Origin: Candidatus Hydrogenedentota bacterium
Lineage (GTDB): Bacteria > Hydrogenedentota > Hydrogenedentia > Hydrogenedentales > SLHB01
Assembly: GCA_963668025.2 (NCBI GenBank)
Contig: CAXXTH010000010.1
Coordinates: 1,312,001 to 1,376,000, forward strand
DNA length: 64,000 bases
Reading direction: 5' to 3'
The position numbers were made by a program, and so were the translations under genes. The notes beneath the pieces were generated by a model. The model saw nothing but the letters and a program-made list of their open reading frames with translations. It searched no databases and was not told the DNA's origin. This document shows positions 1 through 9,522 of this stretch, piece after piece (the stretch's first letter is position 1; each line of letters opens with the position of its first letter).

Positions 1-2
1 TG

Positions 3-995
3 GTGGGCGTGTTCAACATGCTCCGAACGCTGGGCCGGCGTTTACGCATGCCGCGCGAAGCGCTCGAACAAATGCGACAGGCCGAAGACGCCGCCCACAG
101 CACCGATCCCAATGAACCGCCTTACCGCCGTCCAAGCAAACAACGGGGAGACTTCCCGATATGGGTGGCGCTTTTCTTTTTCATTCTCGGCACGACAGGA
201 TTTTGCATTGTGTCACTCAAACTGGTGCCTGGCTTTACCTGGTGGATTATCTTCCTTTTCGGCTTCTTGTGGAGCCCGCTCAATTCGTTTATTTCTGCCC
301 GCTTGGTGGGCCTTACGGGCCAGCCGCTGGTTTTGCCATTCCTGAAAGAAACGGTGTTTATCACCAGCGGTTACAAGAAAGCGGATATTTGGTTCGCACC
401 GATTCCCCTTTTTGATATGGGGCCTGTTGCGCAAAAATTCCGCGAACTCGAGCTGACCCGCACCAAGTTCTCTTCACTTGTCAAAGCGGAACTGGCCATG
501 TTTCCCATTGTGTTTATATGTAGTTTTCTATTCTGGTGGTTTTTTTGGCATTTGAATCAAATCCCTTCGGATCAGTTCCCCTTCGCCAGCCGGATTTGGC
601 CCGTTGCGGCGCGCCAGGCGTATCTTATTTTCACGGCCAATAATCCTGCTCCCGGCGAGACCTCCCTTCTGCTGCAAGCGATCAAACCCAGCCTCATTAT
701 AGGCGGGTGCGGGGCAGGCGTTGTGCTGTATGGCGCCTTGGCGTTTTTTAATCTGCCAGTCATATTTTTCTATGGAATTGTAGGCGGTGTGGGGCAGCCC
801 TTGCATGTGGGCCTTCCATTGATCGCCGGGGCATTGTTGAGCCGTTATTTTTTTGCACGCAAATTTGGCGTGGAGTGCTGGAACCGATATGTGCCGGTCG
901 TGGCGGCGGGATTCTCGTGTGGCATGGGGCTGGCGGGCATGACCGCCGTGGCGCTGGCCCTTATCGCCCAATGCACGCATACATTGCCTTTCTAG
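3..995 (+). CDS. OPT/YSL-like polytopic membrane transporter (5' truncated by window)
   Basis: ORF runs from the window edge; many hydrophobic helices, IPSxxFP and C-terminal AGFSCGMG segments; co-oriented with FtsX-like permease and ABC ATPase. Confidence 0.55.
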   Translation: MGVFNMLRTLGRRLRMPREALEQMRQAEDAAHSTDPNEPPYRRPSKQRGDFPIWVALFFFILGTTGFCIVSLKLVPGFTWWIIFLFGFLWSPLNSFISARLVGLTGQPLVLPFLKETVFITSGYKKADIWFAPIPLFDMGPVAQKFRELELTRTKFSSLVKAELAMFPIVFICSFLFWWFFWHLNQIPSDQFPFASRIWPVAARQAYLIFTANNPAPGETSLLLQAIKPSLIIGGCGAGVVLYGALAFFNLPVIFFYGIVGGVGQPLHVGLPLIAGALLSRYFFARKFGVECWNRYVPVVAAGFSCGMGLAGMTAVALALIAQCTHTLPF

Positions 996-1014
996 GCGAA
1001 CGGATAGGTCGGCC

Positions 1015-1701
1015 ATGGAACAGAAGCGGATATTCGCTGAAGACGCCTCGATGCGGCGCTTGACGCTGCCTTGGAGCAGCACGTTTAAAATGTGCTGGGA
1101 AAATCTGAAAAACCGCCGCGGGCGGTTTCTGCTGGTGTTCGCCAGTATTGCGGTTGTAGTCGCTTTTTTTGTGAACACGATGGCTTACCAGCGCCTGCTC
1201 TTCAACCTGCGCTCCCATGCGGATATCAGCACCAAGGCCGCTCTGGAACGGGCTGGCTTATGGTCTAATAATCCTGATGCGGAGAAAGCCCAGCACGACC
1301 GGATGATCTGGCTGCTCACGCTATCCGGGATGCTGTGTTTCGTGGGCGTCACCAACACCATGTTCATGAGTGTCACCGAACGATATCGCGAAATAGGCAC
1401 GTTGAAATGCCTTGGAGCGCTCAATAGCTTTGTGGTGCGATTGTTTCTCATCGAAAGTTTATTCGTAGGCATCACGGGGAGCGTCATCGGCTCCATGGCG
1501 GGTCTTCTGCTTACACTCATCCAAGCGGGCCTCGCTATTCCTTTCAGGCATTTATCGGGCGCGGCCGTATTCGATAGCCTGGCGCTCACGGTCCCCCTGG
1601 CCATTGCTGGCGGCACGTTACTCACTATGCTCGCCGCTATTTACCCGACAATGGAGGCTGCCAGAATGCGTCCCGTTGACGCCATGCGTGCGGAGGTATG
1701 A
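1015..1701 (+). CDS. FtsX/MacB-like ABC transporter permease
   Basis: NTMFMSVTERYREIGTLKCLGA and C-terminal YPxxxAARMRPVDAMR motifs. Confidence 0.85.
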   Translation: MEQKRIFAEDASMRRLTLPWSSTFKMCWENLKNRRGRFLLVFASIAVVVAFFVNTMAYQRLLFNLRSHADISTKAALERAGLWSNNPDAEKAQHDRMIWLLTLSGMLCFVGVTNTMFMSVTERYREIGTLKCLGALNSFVVRLFLIESLFVGITGSVIGSMAGLLLTLIQAGLAIPFRHLSGAAVFDSLALTVPLAIAGGTLLTMLAAIYPTMEAARMRPVDAMRAEV

Positions 1702-1704
1702 ACC

Positions 1705-2445
1705 ATGCCGGTAAGAGAAATCGTCCACACCCAGGATGTCCGCAAGGTCTATTACATGGGACACGAGGAAGTGCATGCGCTGAAAGGGATCAGCATAACC
1801 ATATATGCGGGCGAATACATCAGCATCATGGGGCCTTCCGGTTCAGGGAAATCCACGTTTTTCAACATGGTAGGAGGGCTCGACAAGCCCACCACTGGCG
1901 AGGTGTATATCGACGAAGTCGATATCTCCCAATTGGGCATTTATGAACTAGCTTGGCTGCGCTGCCGGAAGATCGGGTATATTTTTCAAACCTTCAATCT
2001 GATCCCGGTGATGAATGCGCTGGACAACGTTTCTCTGCCCATGATATTCGCGGGCAAAACGTCGGATGAGGCCCGCGAAAAAGCCGCCGCCTTGCTGGCG
2101 CAAGTGGGGCTGGGCGGCCGTCTTACCCACCGGCCCATCGAGATGTCCGGCGGCCAGCAGCAGCGCGTCGCCATCGCGCGTTCGCTGGCTAATGACCCGG
2201 CCATTATCCTCGCTGATGAGCCGACAGGAAACCTCGACCTCCGCACCGGCCGCGAGATCATTGAACTGCTCACCAAACTCAAGGAAGAACGCGGCGTCAC
2301 TATCATCACCGCCACCCACGACCACAAAATGCTTGCGGCCAGTGATCGCGTGATCTGGATCACCGATGGGCAGGTCTCGCGGATCCAAAAACGGGAGGAA
2401 CTCCATATCCGCGTCGGCGTTATTGAAGGGGGGGAAGAGGAGTAA
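1705..2445 (+). CDS. ABC transporter ATP-binding protein (LolD/MacB type)
   Basis: Walker A GPSGSGKS, signature MSGGQQQRV, Walker B ILADEPTGNLD, H-loop ATHD. Confidence 0.95.
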   Translation: MPVREIVHTQDVRKVYYMGHEEVHALKGISITIYAGEYISIMGPSGSGKSTFFNMVGGLDKPTTGEVYIDEVDISQLGIYELAWLRCRKIGYIFQTFNLIPVMNALDNVSLPMIFAGKTSDEAREKAAALLAQVGLGGRLTHRPIEMSGGQQQRVAIARSLANDPAIILADEPTGNLDLRTGREIIELLTKLKEERGVTIITATHDHKMLAASDRVIWITDGQVSRIQKREELHIRVGVIEGGEEE

Positions 2446-2479
2446 ACGGGCTTGTTTATTCGGAATGCACGAAAAACAG

Positions 2480-2515
2480 AAAGGGCTGCCTCAATCATAA
2501 CGAGGACAGCCCTTT
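2480..2515. terminator. Probable bidirectional intrinsic terminator
   Basis: AAAGGGCTG-CCTC...GAGG-A-CAGCCCTTT hairpin between convergent genes. Confidence 0.7.
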
Positions 2516-2536
2516 ATCATAATGGTGAATGCCCAG

Positions 2537-3622
2537 TTATTGCCGGACCAGGCGAAGCCCTATGAAATTGTACATAGCCGAAGGCAGGTAGGGTTCGCGC
2601 GCGGGCGATGCCACCGCGACGGCGGGGTCACGCCAAGCGCCGCCGCGCACCACGCGAAATGGGCCATTCTCCTCGCCTGCAGGATCTATCGCCGGGCTGC
2701 TTTCATAATATTCGCCTTCACCGAAATTATCCTGGACCCATTCCTCTACATTGCCATGCATGTCATAAAGCCCCCAGGCATTGGGGTGAAGCAAGCCGAC
2801 ATAAAAAGGCTGATAGGGGGCGTTGAGCCAATACCACGCATATTCAGGCAGTAGGGACTCATTATCGCCGAAACAAAACTCCGTATCGCTCCCCGCCCGG
2901 CACGCATATTCCCATTCCGCCTCGGTAGGCAGGCGGAACACGCCTTCACCAAGCTGGTTCAATTTTGATACATAGTCTTGGCAATCATTCCAGGTCACTT
3001 GCTCGACAGGCATGAAAAGAGTGTCATAGGCAATTAGGTCTTTGAAGAAAGAGGGGTCAAAACCAATGACATTCTTCCATTGATCCTGCGTGATTTCGTA
3101 TTGGCTGATCCAGAATCCCCGGGTGAGGGTGACTTCATGCACAGGCGTGGAATCCTCCTGAGGATAATCATCTGAAACAGTGCCCATTTGGAAGGTTCCC
3201 GCTGGAATCCAGACAAAATTGATGCCCGCGAATGTTTTGATTTCCCCCGTTACGCCCTCTTCCCGGTTGGGATCCAGCGCGGCGATCGTGTTCAGTTTTA
3301 GATCCGTATCGCTGTTATCACGGGAATCGGTAACAGTCAGCGAAATCGTATAGGTTCCTGGCGTGGCGTATACATGCGCCGGGGGCGTTTCCAGCGTGCT
3401 AGTGGTTCCATCGCCGAAATCCCATGCATATGTTTTGATAGGGAATGAACCCGCTTCGCTTTCGTTCGTGAATGCCACCGTGATGGGCGCGTCACCTAAG
3501 TGGGCGCTGCATGTGAACTGCGCCGTGGGAGAGGTAGTGGAGGGAACAGCCGGGCAGCCTGTGCCGAGAACGGCTATTCCCAAGGCCAAGAGCGCAATAA
3601 ATCCAAAACGTGCGTATCGCAT
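2537..3622 (-). CDS. Lipoprotein with PKD domain and FGE-sulfatase (SUMF1-like) domain
   Basis: Lipobox GTGC-P; WDFGDG PKD motif; RLPTEAEWEYACRAG, PNAWGLYDMHGNVEEW and RGGAW motifs. Confidence 0.9.
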   Translation of the reverse strand: MRYARFGFIALLALGIAVLGTGCPAVPSTTSPTAQFTCSAHLGDAPITVAFTNESEAGSFPIKTYAWDFGDGTTSTLETPPAHVYATPGTYTISLTVTDSRDNSDTDLKLNTIAALDPNREEGVTGEIKTFAGINFVWIPAGTFQMGTVSDDYPQEDSTPVHEVTLTRGFWISQYEITQDQWKNVIGFDPSFFKDLIAYDTLFMPVEQVTWNDCQDYVSKLNQLGEGVFRLPTEAEWEYACRAGSDTEFCFGDNESLLPEYAWYWLNAPYQPFYVGLLHPNAWGLYDMHGNVEEWVQDNFGEGEYYESSPAIDPAGEENGPFRVVRGGAWRDPAVAVASPAREPYLPSAMYNFIGLRLVRQ

Positions 3623-3662
3623 GTTGCTTATCCTTTTTTGTTTTGGGAATGATCCCCGGCTG

Positions 3663-4595
3663 CTACCACCCTTGAATGACCAGCTTCACCGCGTCCACGA
3701 CCGCATCCGGTTTATCAAGCTGGATGAGGTGCCCCGCACCGCTCACGATTTGCCACTTTCCTCGCGGCGTGAGTTTGGCTTGCTCTTGGTAAAATTGGCG
3801 GCTGAGCAGATCCCAAATATTCTCTTGCTCCGTACTTCCCACATTCTGAGATTTGCCGGTGTCATGTCCAAGAATGATTAATGGCACTTCGGGCAGCATG
3901 CGGTTGAACCGGACTTCCGATGAGGTGTTTTCAATGTTGTAATATTCTCCCCGGGAACCTTCCCTTGCGGCAACCGTCACGGCAAGGCCCATTTTATTCT
4001 CTACGCTTTGGACCGTTTTCGGCTCGAGTTCGAGGGCGACCCGGTTGTAGTAATCTTCATGGGTCGTATCCACAAGCACAATACCTACGACATCGTTTGG
4101 ATACATATGGGCGAAAATGCGTGCGTAGAGCCCGCCTAATGAATGGGCGCACAAAATATACGGGCCGGGCGCGTCCAAGGCGTCTAGCAAATTATGGAGC
4201 TCCCGTACGATCACGGTTCCGGTCCGCGGATTGGAACCTTCATCGCTCCAGCCCACCCCCCCGCGATCATAATTTATGACCCGGGTAATCTCGGCCAGCT
4301 CTGTCTCCACCGACCCCCACATTTTGATGTTCTCTTCAAGCCCATTAATCAATATCACGGTTGGGCCGCCCGAACCTGAATCGCGGCAAGCCAGTTCATA
4401 ACCGCCCACATCGACCATTTTTGCCCCATTCGGCAAGGGCCCTAATGCGACAACGCCATTGAGTTCTTCAATCGTGCTGCTGGGGCAACCCACCCCTATA
4501 AACGCCACCAGCGCGAGCAATAAGCAAGCAGTGAAACTCATTTTCCAAACGCCATGCCGCCATATTCGTGCGCTATGTATATCGGCCATAACCAT
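3663..4595 (-). CDS. Alpha/beta hydrolase, probable lipoprotein
   Basis: YDRGGVGWS, nucleophile elbow AHSLGG, C-terminal GAGH; GAGGAGGT RBS before ATG 4595; GVGC-P lipobox. Confidence 0.85.
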   Translation of the reverse strand: MVMADIHSARIWRHGVWKMSFTACLLLALVAFIGVGCPSSTIEELNGVVALGPLPNGAKMVDVGGYELACRDSGSGGPTVILINGLEENIKMWGSVETELAEITRVINYDRGGVGWSDEGSNPRTGTVIVRELHNLLDALDAPGPYILCAHSLGGLYARIFAHMYPNDVVGIVLVDTTHEDYYNRVALELEPKTVQSVENKMGLAVTVAAREGSRGEYYNIENTSSEVRFNRMLPEVPLIILGHDTGKSQNVGSTEQENIWDLLSRQFYQEQAKLTPRGKWQIVSGAGHLIQLDKPDAVVDAVKLVIQGW

Positions 4596-4885
4596 ACCTC
4601 CTCTTTGCCGCCTGATGGCCATCGCCATCAGGCAAATAATCCCCGATTTTCCTGTGAATACCGTAAACCCAGTCTAGAAGCCAGTATAGCACAATTTTGA
4701 TTTTGGTCAATAATTATATCTGCTTGGGTCCGCTTTTGCGTGATGAGGAATTTATATCGAATAAACACGGACAGTGCGTTGTGCAGCGGTGAAGAACCGC
4801 TTTTTTTTTCGCGTAGAAGCAGTTGAATGAGTTGAGGATGCGCCGGTGCGGGGAGTTTTTTTCTTCGCATCGGCGCTTTTTTTTG

Positions 4886-4921
4886 TTGACTTCTGGTACG
4901 GAAGTATATATACTTCCGTAC
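4886..4921 (+). promoter_or_regulatory. Sigma70 promoter overlapped by a perfect 26-bp palindrome (candidate operator)
   Basis: TTGACT-17 nt-TATACT; palindrome GTACGGAAGTATATATACTTCCGTAC at 4896-4921 abuts ATG 4922. Confidence 0.75.
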
Positions 4922-5269
4922 ATGGAAGGGAAACCTGTCACGAACTCGGCGGGACGCAAGGTCCAGGCGCGCCTGGCGCGTCTGGGGCCCTTTCTTCCCG
5001 CCACGCTCACCATCACCCGCAGCCGCTGCGGGAACCCGCGCTGCCGGTGCGTCCAGGAAGGGCCGATCCATGAAACGGCCCTGCTGACGTGGAAGGAGGG
5101 CGGGAAGACCCGCACCCTCCACGTGCCCCGTGAATTGCGCCGCGAAGTGGCGCAATGGATTGAGGAATGGAAAAAGCTCAAGAAGCTCGTCGAGGCCATG
5201 GGCGCGGCCCAACGGCAGTTCCTGCAAACCCGCAAGAAGAGCATCCGGAAATCATCCGGGCCTTCTTGA
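4922..5269 (+). CDS. IS accessory protein (DUF6788-like, Cys/His metal-binding)
   Basis: RCGNPRCRC...H motif, W-K-E-G-G-K-T-R-T segment and basic helical tail, typical of small IS-associated ORFs. Confidence 0.75.
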   Translation: MEGKPVTNSAGRKVQARLARLGPFLPATLTITRSRCGNPRCRCVQEGPIHETALLTWKEGGKTRTLHVPRELRREVAQWIEEWKKLKKLVEAMGAAQRQFLQTRKKSIRKSSGPS

Positions 5270-6603
5270 GGACGTTCACCCACTTCTTTGGCCCGGTGCG
5301 CAAGCGCTTTGCGGGCTTGCCCGATCCCCGCAAACCCGAGCAAGCCGGCGACGTGGACTACAGTGTCGCGTCGCTGGTGTTCTTGGGAGTGCTGATGTTC
5401 GCATGCCGGCTCGGGGCGCGCCGGCAAGTCCGCCTGCAGTTGTACACGACGTTCATGGTCCATCTGTACAAGGTCTTGTTTGACGTGGACAGCGTGCCGC
5501 ATGGCGATACGATGAACGGGGTATTTCGCGGTTTGCCGTTCGAGGCGGTCCAGGAACTCGTTTCCGGCATGACGCAGACGCTCATCGACAAGAAGGTGTT
5601 GTACCCCCACCGCCTGTTCGGGCGCTACTACGTGGCGGCCATCGACGCCACGGGGACACGCAGTTATGATCATCGCCACTGCGCCCATTGCCTCACGCGC
5701 AAGCACAAGAGCGGCAAGATCACCTACTACCATCCCGTGCTGGAGTCCAAGATCGTCACGCCAAACGGGTGGGTCTTTTCGCTCATGACGGAGTTCATTG
5801 AGAATCCAGAGAAAGACCTGGCGAAAAGCGAGCAACAACGCAAGCAGGATTGCGAGACCAAAGCCTTCTACCGGCTGGCCCCACGCCTGCATGCCCGATT
5901 CCCCCGCTTGCCGCTGCTGTTGGCGATGGACGGCCTGTACGCCACGGGACCGGTGTTTCGGCTGTGCCAGCAATATGGCTGGAAGTTCATGATTACGCTC
6001 ACGGACGGCCAATTGGCCACCGTGAACGAAGAATTCGAGAGCCTCGCGGCCGCGACGCCCGAAAACCAGCTTACGTGGCGTTGCGGCAACAAGAAGGAAA
6101 TCCACCAGCAGTTTCGCTGGGTCAACGACATCCCCTACCGCGATTCCGAGCGGCGTGAACACATCCTGTCCGTGCTCGAATGCGTGGACACCCGCCCGGA
6201 CGCGGAAGGCATGATAAAGAAAACCAAGTTCAAATGGGTGACCAACGTATCCGTATCCGCGCACAATGCGGCCGCCTTGGCCAATGAAGGAGGACGCTTA
6301 CGCTGGAAGATTGAAAATGAAGCATTCAACGTGCAGAAAAACGGCGGCTACAACCTCGAACACGCCTATACCCAAAACGAACAGGCCAGTAAGATCTACT
6401 ACCTCTTGATGCAGATAGCCCATCTGCTCATGCAACTCCTGGAGGATGGCAGCCTTCTGGCCGCCCACTTTCCAAAAGGCTTTGGCTCCGCCAGAAACCT
6501 TGCCCATCGCCTCCTCGAAGCCCTGCGCAACGCCACCCTGTCCCGCGAACAATATGACGCCCTCTGCACCGAGGCCATCCAGATCCGCTTCAGTTCCGCA
6601 TAG
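5167..6603 (+). CDS. DDE transposase
   Basis: LPDPR, AIDAT, KQDCETKA, MDGLYA and GRLRWKIENEAFNVQKN motifs; lies inside the TIRs; exact start uncertain. Confidence 0.9.
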   Translation: MEKAQEARRGHGRGPTAVPANPQEEHPEIIRAFLRTFTHFFGPVRKRFAGLPDPRKPEQAGDVDYSVASLVFLGVLMFACRLGARRQVRLQLYTTFMVHLYKVLFDVDSVPHGDTMNGVFRGLPFEAVQELVSGMTQTLIDKKVLYPHRLFGRYYVAAIDATGTRSYDHRHCAHCLTRKHKSGKITYYHPVLESKIVTPNGWVFSLMTEFIENPEKDLAKSEQQRKQDCETKAFYRLAPRLHARFPRLPLLLAMDGLYATGPVFRLCQQYGWKFMITLTDGQLATVNEEFESLAAATPENQLTWRCGNKKEIHQQFRWVNDIPYRDSERREHILSVLECVDTRPDAEGMIKKTKFKWVTNVSVSAHNAAALANEGGRLRWKIENEAFNVQKNGGYNLEHAYTQNEQASKIYYLLMQIAHLLMQLLEDGSLLAAHFPKGFGSARNLAHRLLEALRNATLSREQYDALCTEAIQIRFSSA

Positions 6604-6789
6604 GGCGCCCGCGCGTTCCCGGTTGCGCCGCCGCCCTACACGTCTCGCCCATCCATTCACCGGCTTTACGCACAGCCGCTGCCCCTCCTGTCGCCTGTCG
6701 GCCTCGCCACCCCCCGTCTAACCCGCATCACCTCAACGCCTGACCCTGGGGCGCCGCTATTCTTCACCGCTGTGCGTTGTGAGCCTAGA

Positions 6790-6832
6790 TTGACATGAAC
6801 GGATGGACGGCGTATTATTGAAAATATGTTCA
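6790..6832 (+). promoter_or_regulatory. dinB promoter with candidate LexA-type box
   Basis: TTGACA(6790)-17 nt-TATTAT(6813), followed by imperfect palindrome TGAAAATATGTTCA (6819-6832) resembling GAAC-N4-GTTC. Confidence 0.55.
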
Positions 6833-6855
6833 GTAATTCAAGCGAGGTGATTCCC

Positions 6856-8059
6856 ATGGCGCGGCGGATTTTACATATCGATATGGACGCCTTCTTCGCG
6901 TCGGTCGAGCAGGTGCTTAATCCGGCGCTGCTGGGCAAGCCGTTAATCATCGGGGGCGACCGGACCGACACGCGCGGGGTCGTATGCACGGCGTCCTATG
7001 AAGCGCGCAAATTCGGCGTTCATTCCGCTATGCCTCTGGCGCAGGCCAAGCGATTGTGCCCCCACGGGATCTTTATGCGCGGCCATTATGAGCACTACCG
7101 CGACGCCTCGACTAAAATGCGGCTGGTTTTGGAGAGTGTGTCGCCCTTGGTTGAAATGGCTTCCATTGATGAAGCATACGTGGATGTGACGGGCTCCCAG
7201 CGGCTTTTCGGGGGCGACGACGCCATCGCGGTTTATATCAAAAAACGCATTCGCGAAGATACGAAACTGCCATGTTCCATCGCCATTACGCCCAACAAGC
7301 TGGTATCGAAGATCGCTACGGATGAGGCGAAACCCGATGGATATTTGCGGGTGGGGGAGGGGGGAGGAGGGGGCTTTTTTGCGGCCATTGGCGCTCAAGA
7401 AGATGCCGGGCGTAGGCCCTCGAACCTGTGAAGTGCTCGAAAATATGGGCGTCAATACCATCGGAGCACTGGCGGATTTACCTCTTTCCACGATGCTGGC
7501 GAAGTTTGGACCCTCGGGGTATGGCTTGCAGCGCGCCGCTTCGGGTATTTGCGAGTCCCAAGTTGTGCTTGAATCCTTGCCCAAATCCATTAGCCGCGAA
7601 ACGACTTTCGAGGAAGATTTGGCGGATTGGAAACAGATTACGCGCATTCTGATTTATCTTGCCGAGCGCGCCGCACACAATTTGCGAGAGCATCATATGG
7701 AGTGCCGCTGTGTCACACTTAAAGTTCGCTATGCCGATTTTGACACCCATACGTTTGCTTGCACGCTTCCAGAAGCCACTTGCTTGGATGGAGAGGTTAT
7801 TGGCGTGCTTCATGAACTGATCCCTAAAGCGCGCGCCCGGCGCGCCCGGGTGCGCCTGATCGGCGTCGCCCTCACCTCGCTACGCTACAACCAGCACCAG
7901 CTCGCCCTTTTTGGCCGGCCCGGCGCCTTGAAATGGGAGCGTGTCCTCGAAAGCGTGGACCAGATCCGGGAGCGCCATGGCTTCGAGCTGATTCGCCTTG
8001 GGCGCTCCATATCGCTCGGAAAGAAGGTCAATCTTTCAACGCCATCCCTGTCACGCTAA
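6856..8059 (+). pseudogene. dinB: DNA polymerase IV, split by a +1 frameshift in a G run near 7359-7364 (or a sequencing indel)
   Basis: ILHIDMDAFFASVE, SYEARKFGV, SIDEAY and KPDG in one frame; MPGVG, KSISRETTF and VRLIGV in the next; removing one G restores a continuous ORF. Confidence 0.85.
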
Positions 8060-8421
8060 CCTCCTTATAGGTCCTTTTTCCAACGCGGTGAGTCAAATTG
8101 GCCTCGCCCTTTTCATCCCTTTTAGGTGGTATACTTTGCATAACAATGCGCCACGGTTGATAGTCTTTGGCGCTCATGGGATTTATTATTAGGCGACAGC
8201 CGTGAGAACCAAGTCAACGGATGAAAAGGGCTGGGAGATAATATTGTTGACAAAAAGGTACAATATGTGCCATTGTAATTCCAGAATTACTATTGAAAGT
8301 GCTCGCCCGTTTACCTGCCACAAAATGTGGTAGTAACAATTTGCCGAAGCAACGCCACGTTTGAATAGAGGCGGTAGATAAAGAAATTTGCTCCGGTAGC
8401 AACGCAAAGGGCGTATGGCGT

Positions 8422-9513
8422 ATGGCGTATCAAGGCCGATATCCCATCGAGCAAGTAGGCGCTCCGCTGCACGAAAGCTTGTTAGGGGAAAGCGCAGGCA
8501 TCCGGGAAGTCCGTGAAGTGATTCAACGGCTTTCTGGCACGGGTCTTACGGTATTGATTACCGGCGAAAGCGGCACGGGCAAAGACATAGTGGCCCGCAT
8601 GCTGCATCGATATTCTCCGCGTGGCGATAAAACATTCATTAAGGTGAATTGCCCGGCGATTCCAGAGAGCATCTTGGAGAGCGAGCTGTTCGGGTATGAG
8701 CGGGGGGCGTTCACGGGTGCGCGGGCTTCAAAACCAGGCCGCCTTGAACTGGCGCATACAGGTACGATTTTCCTAGATGAAGTGGCTGAGACTTCGGTGG
8801 CCGTCCAGGGTAAGCTGCTGCAATTGCTGGATGGCGAGCCTATCATGCGCATTGGCGGGGTAACGCCCATCCAGTGTGATGTGCGGGTGCTGGCCGCGAC
8901 CAATATGAATCTCGATAATGCCGTGCGGGATGGGCGCATGCGGGAAGATATGCTCTTCCGTCTCAGCGAGGTGTTGATTCATATTCCTCCATTGCGGGAA
9001 CGACGCCAAGATATTCCCCTGCTTGCGGAACATTTCAATTATAATTATCTGGCCAAGCTGGGGCGTGAGTATTCGCCCATCGAGCCCGAGCATCTGGCCA
9101 AGATGAGCACTCTTTCCTGGCGAGGCAATGTGCGCGAGTTGAGCGCTTGTGTGAGACGTTATGTGGCGACCGCTGATCCGGATGCGCTATGGGGCGAGGA
9201 AGAACCGGAAACGGGGCATCGAGGCGCTAGCGTGGTCATCGCTTCTTCGCCTGTCCGGGCTGCCGCGGCAGTTGAAAGCGCTCCTGTTGCCCCGGTGCGG
9301 ACACGCCCCGCACTCGAGCGGAGCGCATCCCGTTTTCCTTTGCTCAAAGAGGCGGTTCAGCGGGCGGTCGAGGAAACAGAACGCACCCTGATCGAAGAAG
9401 CCCTCCGGCATACCCTTTGGAATCGGCGTAAAGCGGCCCGATTGCTAGGCGTTAGCTATAGTTCATTATTGCGCCGCATAGATGCTTATCAAATAGGCAA
9501 AACTGAGGCATAG
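8422..9513 (+). CDS. Sigma54-dependent activator (AAA+ plus Fis HTH) lacking an N-terminal sensor domain
   Basis: GESGTGKD, ESELFGYERGAFTGA, FLDEV, WRGNVREL, C-terminal NRRKAARLLGVS. Confidence 0.92.
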   Translation: MAYQGRYPIEQVGAPLHESLLGESAGIREVREVIQRLSGTGLTVLITGESGTGKDIVARMLHRYSPRGDKTFIKVNCPAIPESILESELFGYERGAFTGARASKPGRLELAHTGTIFLDEVAETSVAVQGKLLQLLDGEPIMRIGGVTPIQCDVRVLAATNMNLDNAVRDGRMREDMLFRLSEVLIHIPPLRERRQDIPLLAEHFNYNYLAKLGREYSPIEPEHLAKMSTLSWRGNVRELSACVRRYVATADPDALWGEEEPETGHRGASVVIASSPVRAAAAVESAPVAPVRTRPALERSASRFPLLKEAVQRAVEETERTLIEEALRHTLWNRRKAARLLGVSYSSLLRRIDAYQIGKTEA

Positions 9514-9522
9514 AGGCTTGGC

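Larger units (their letters stand above)
4784..6772 (+). mobile_element. Complete IS (DDE transposase, ISAs1/IS4-like) with upstream accessory ORF
   Basis: 13-bp perfect TIR CAGCGGTGAAGAA (4784-4796 / 6760-6772); 9-bp target duplication TGCGTTGTG (4775-4783 / 6773-6781). Confidence 0.9.

Noticed and set aside
5161-5177. -1 frameshift fusing the accessory ORF to the transposase at G-AAA-AAG
   Set aside because: Not a full A-AAA-AAG heptamer and no clear stimulator; an independent start is equally plausible
4628-6264. Long minus-strand ORFs (199 and 516 aa)
   Set aside because: Antisense shadows of the GC-rich IS genes; no recognisable motifs
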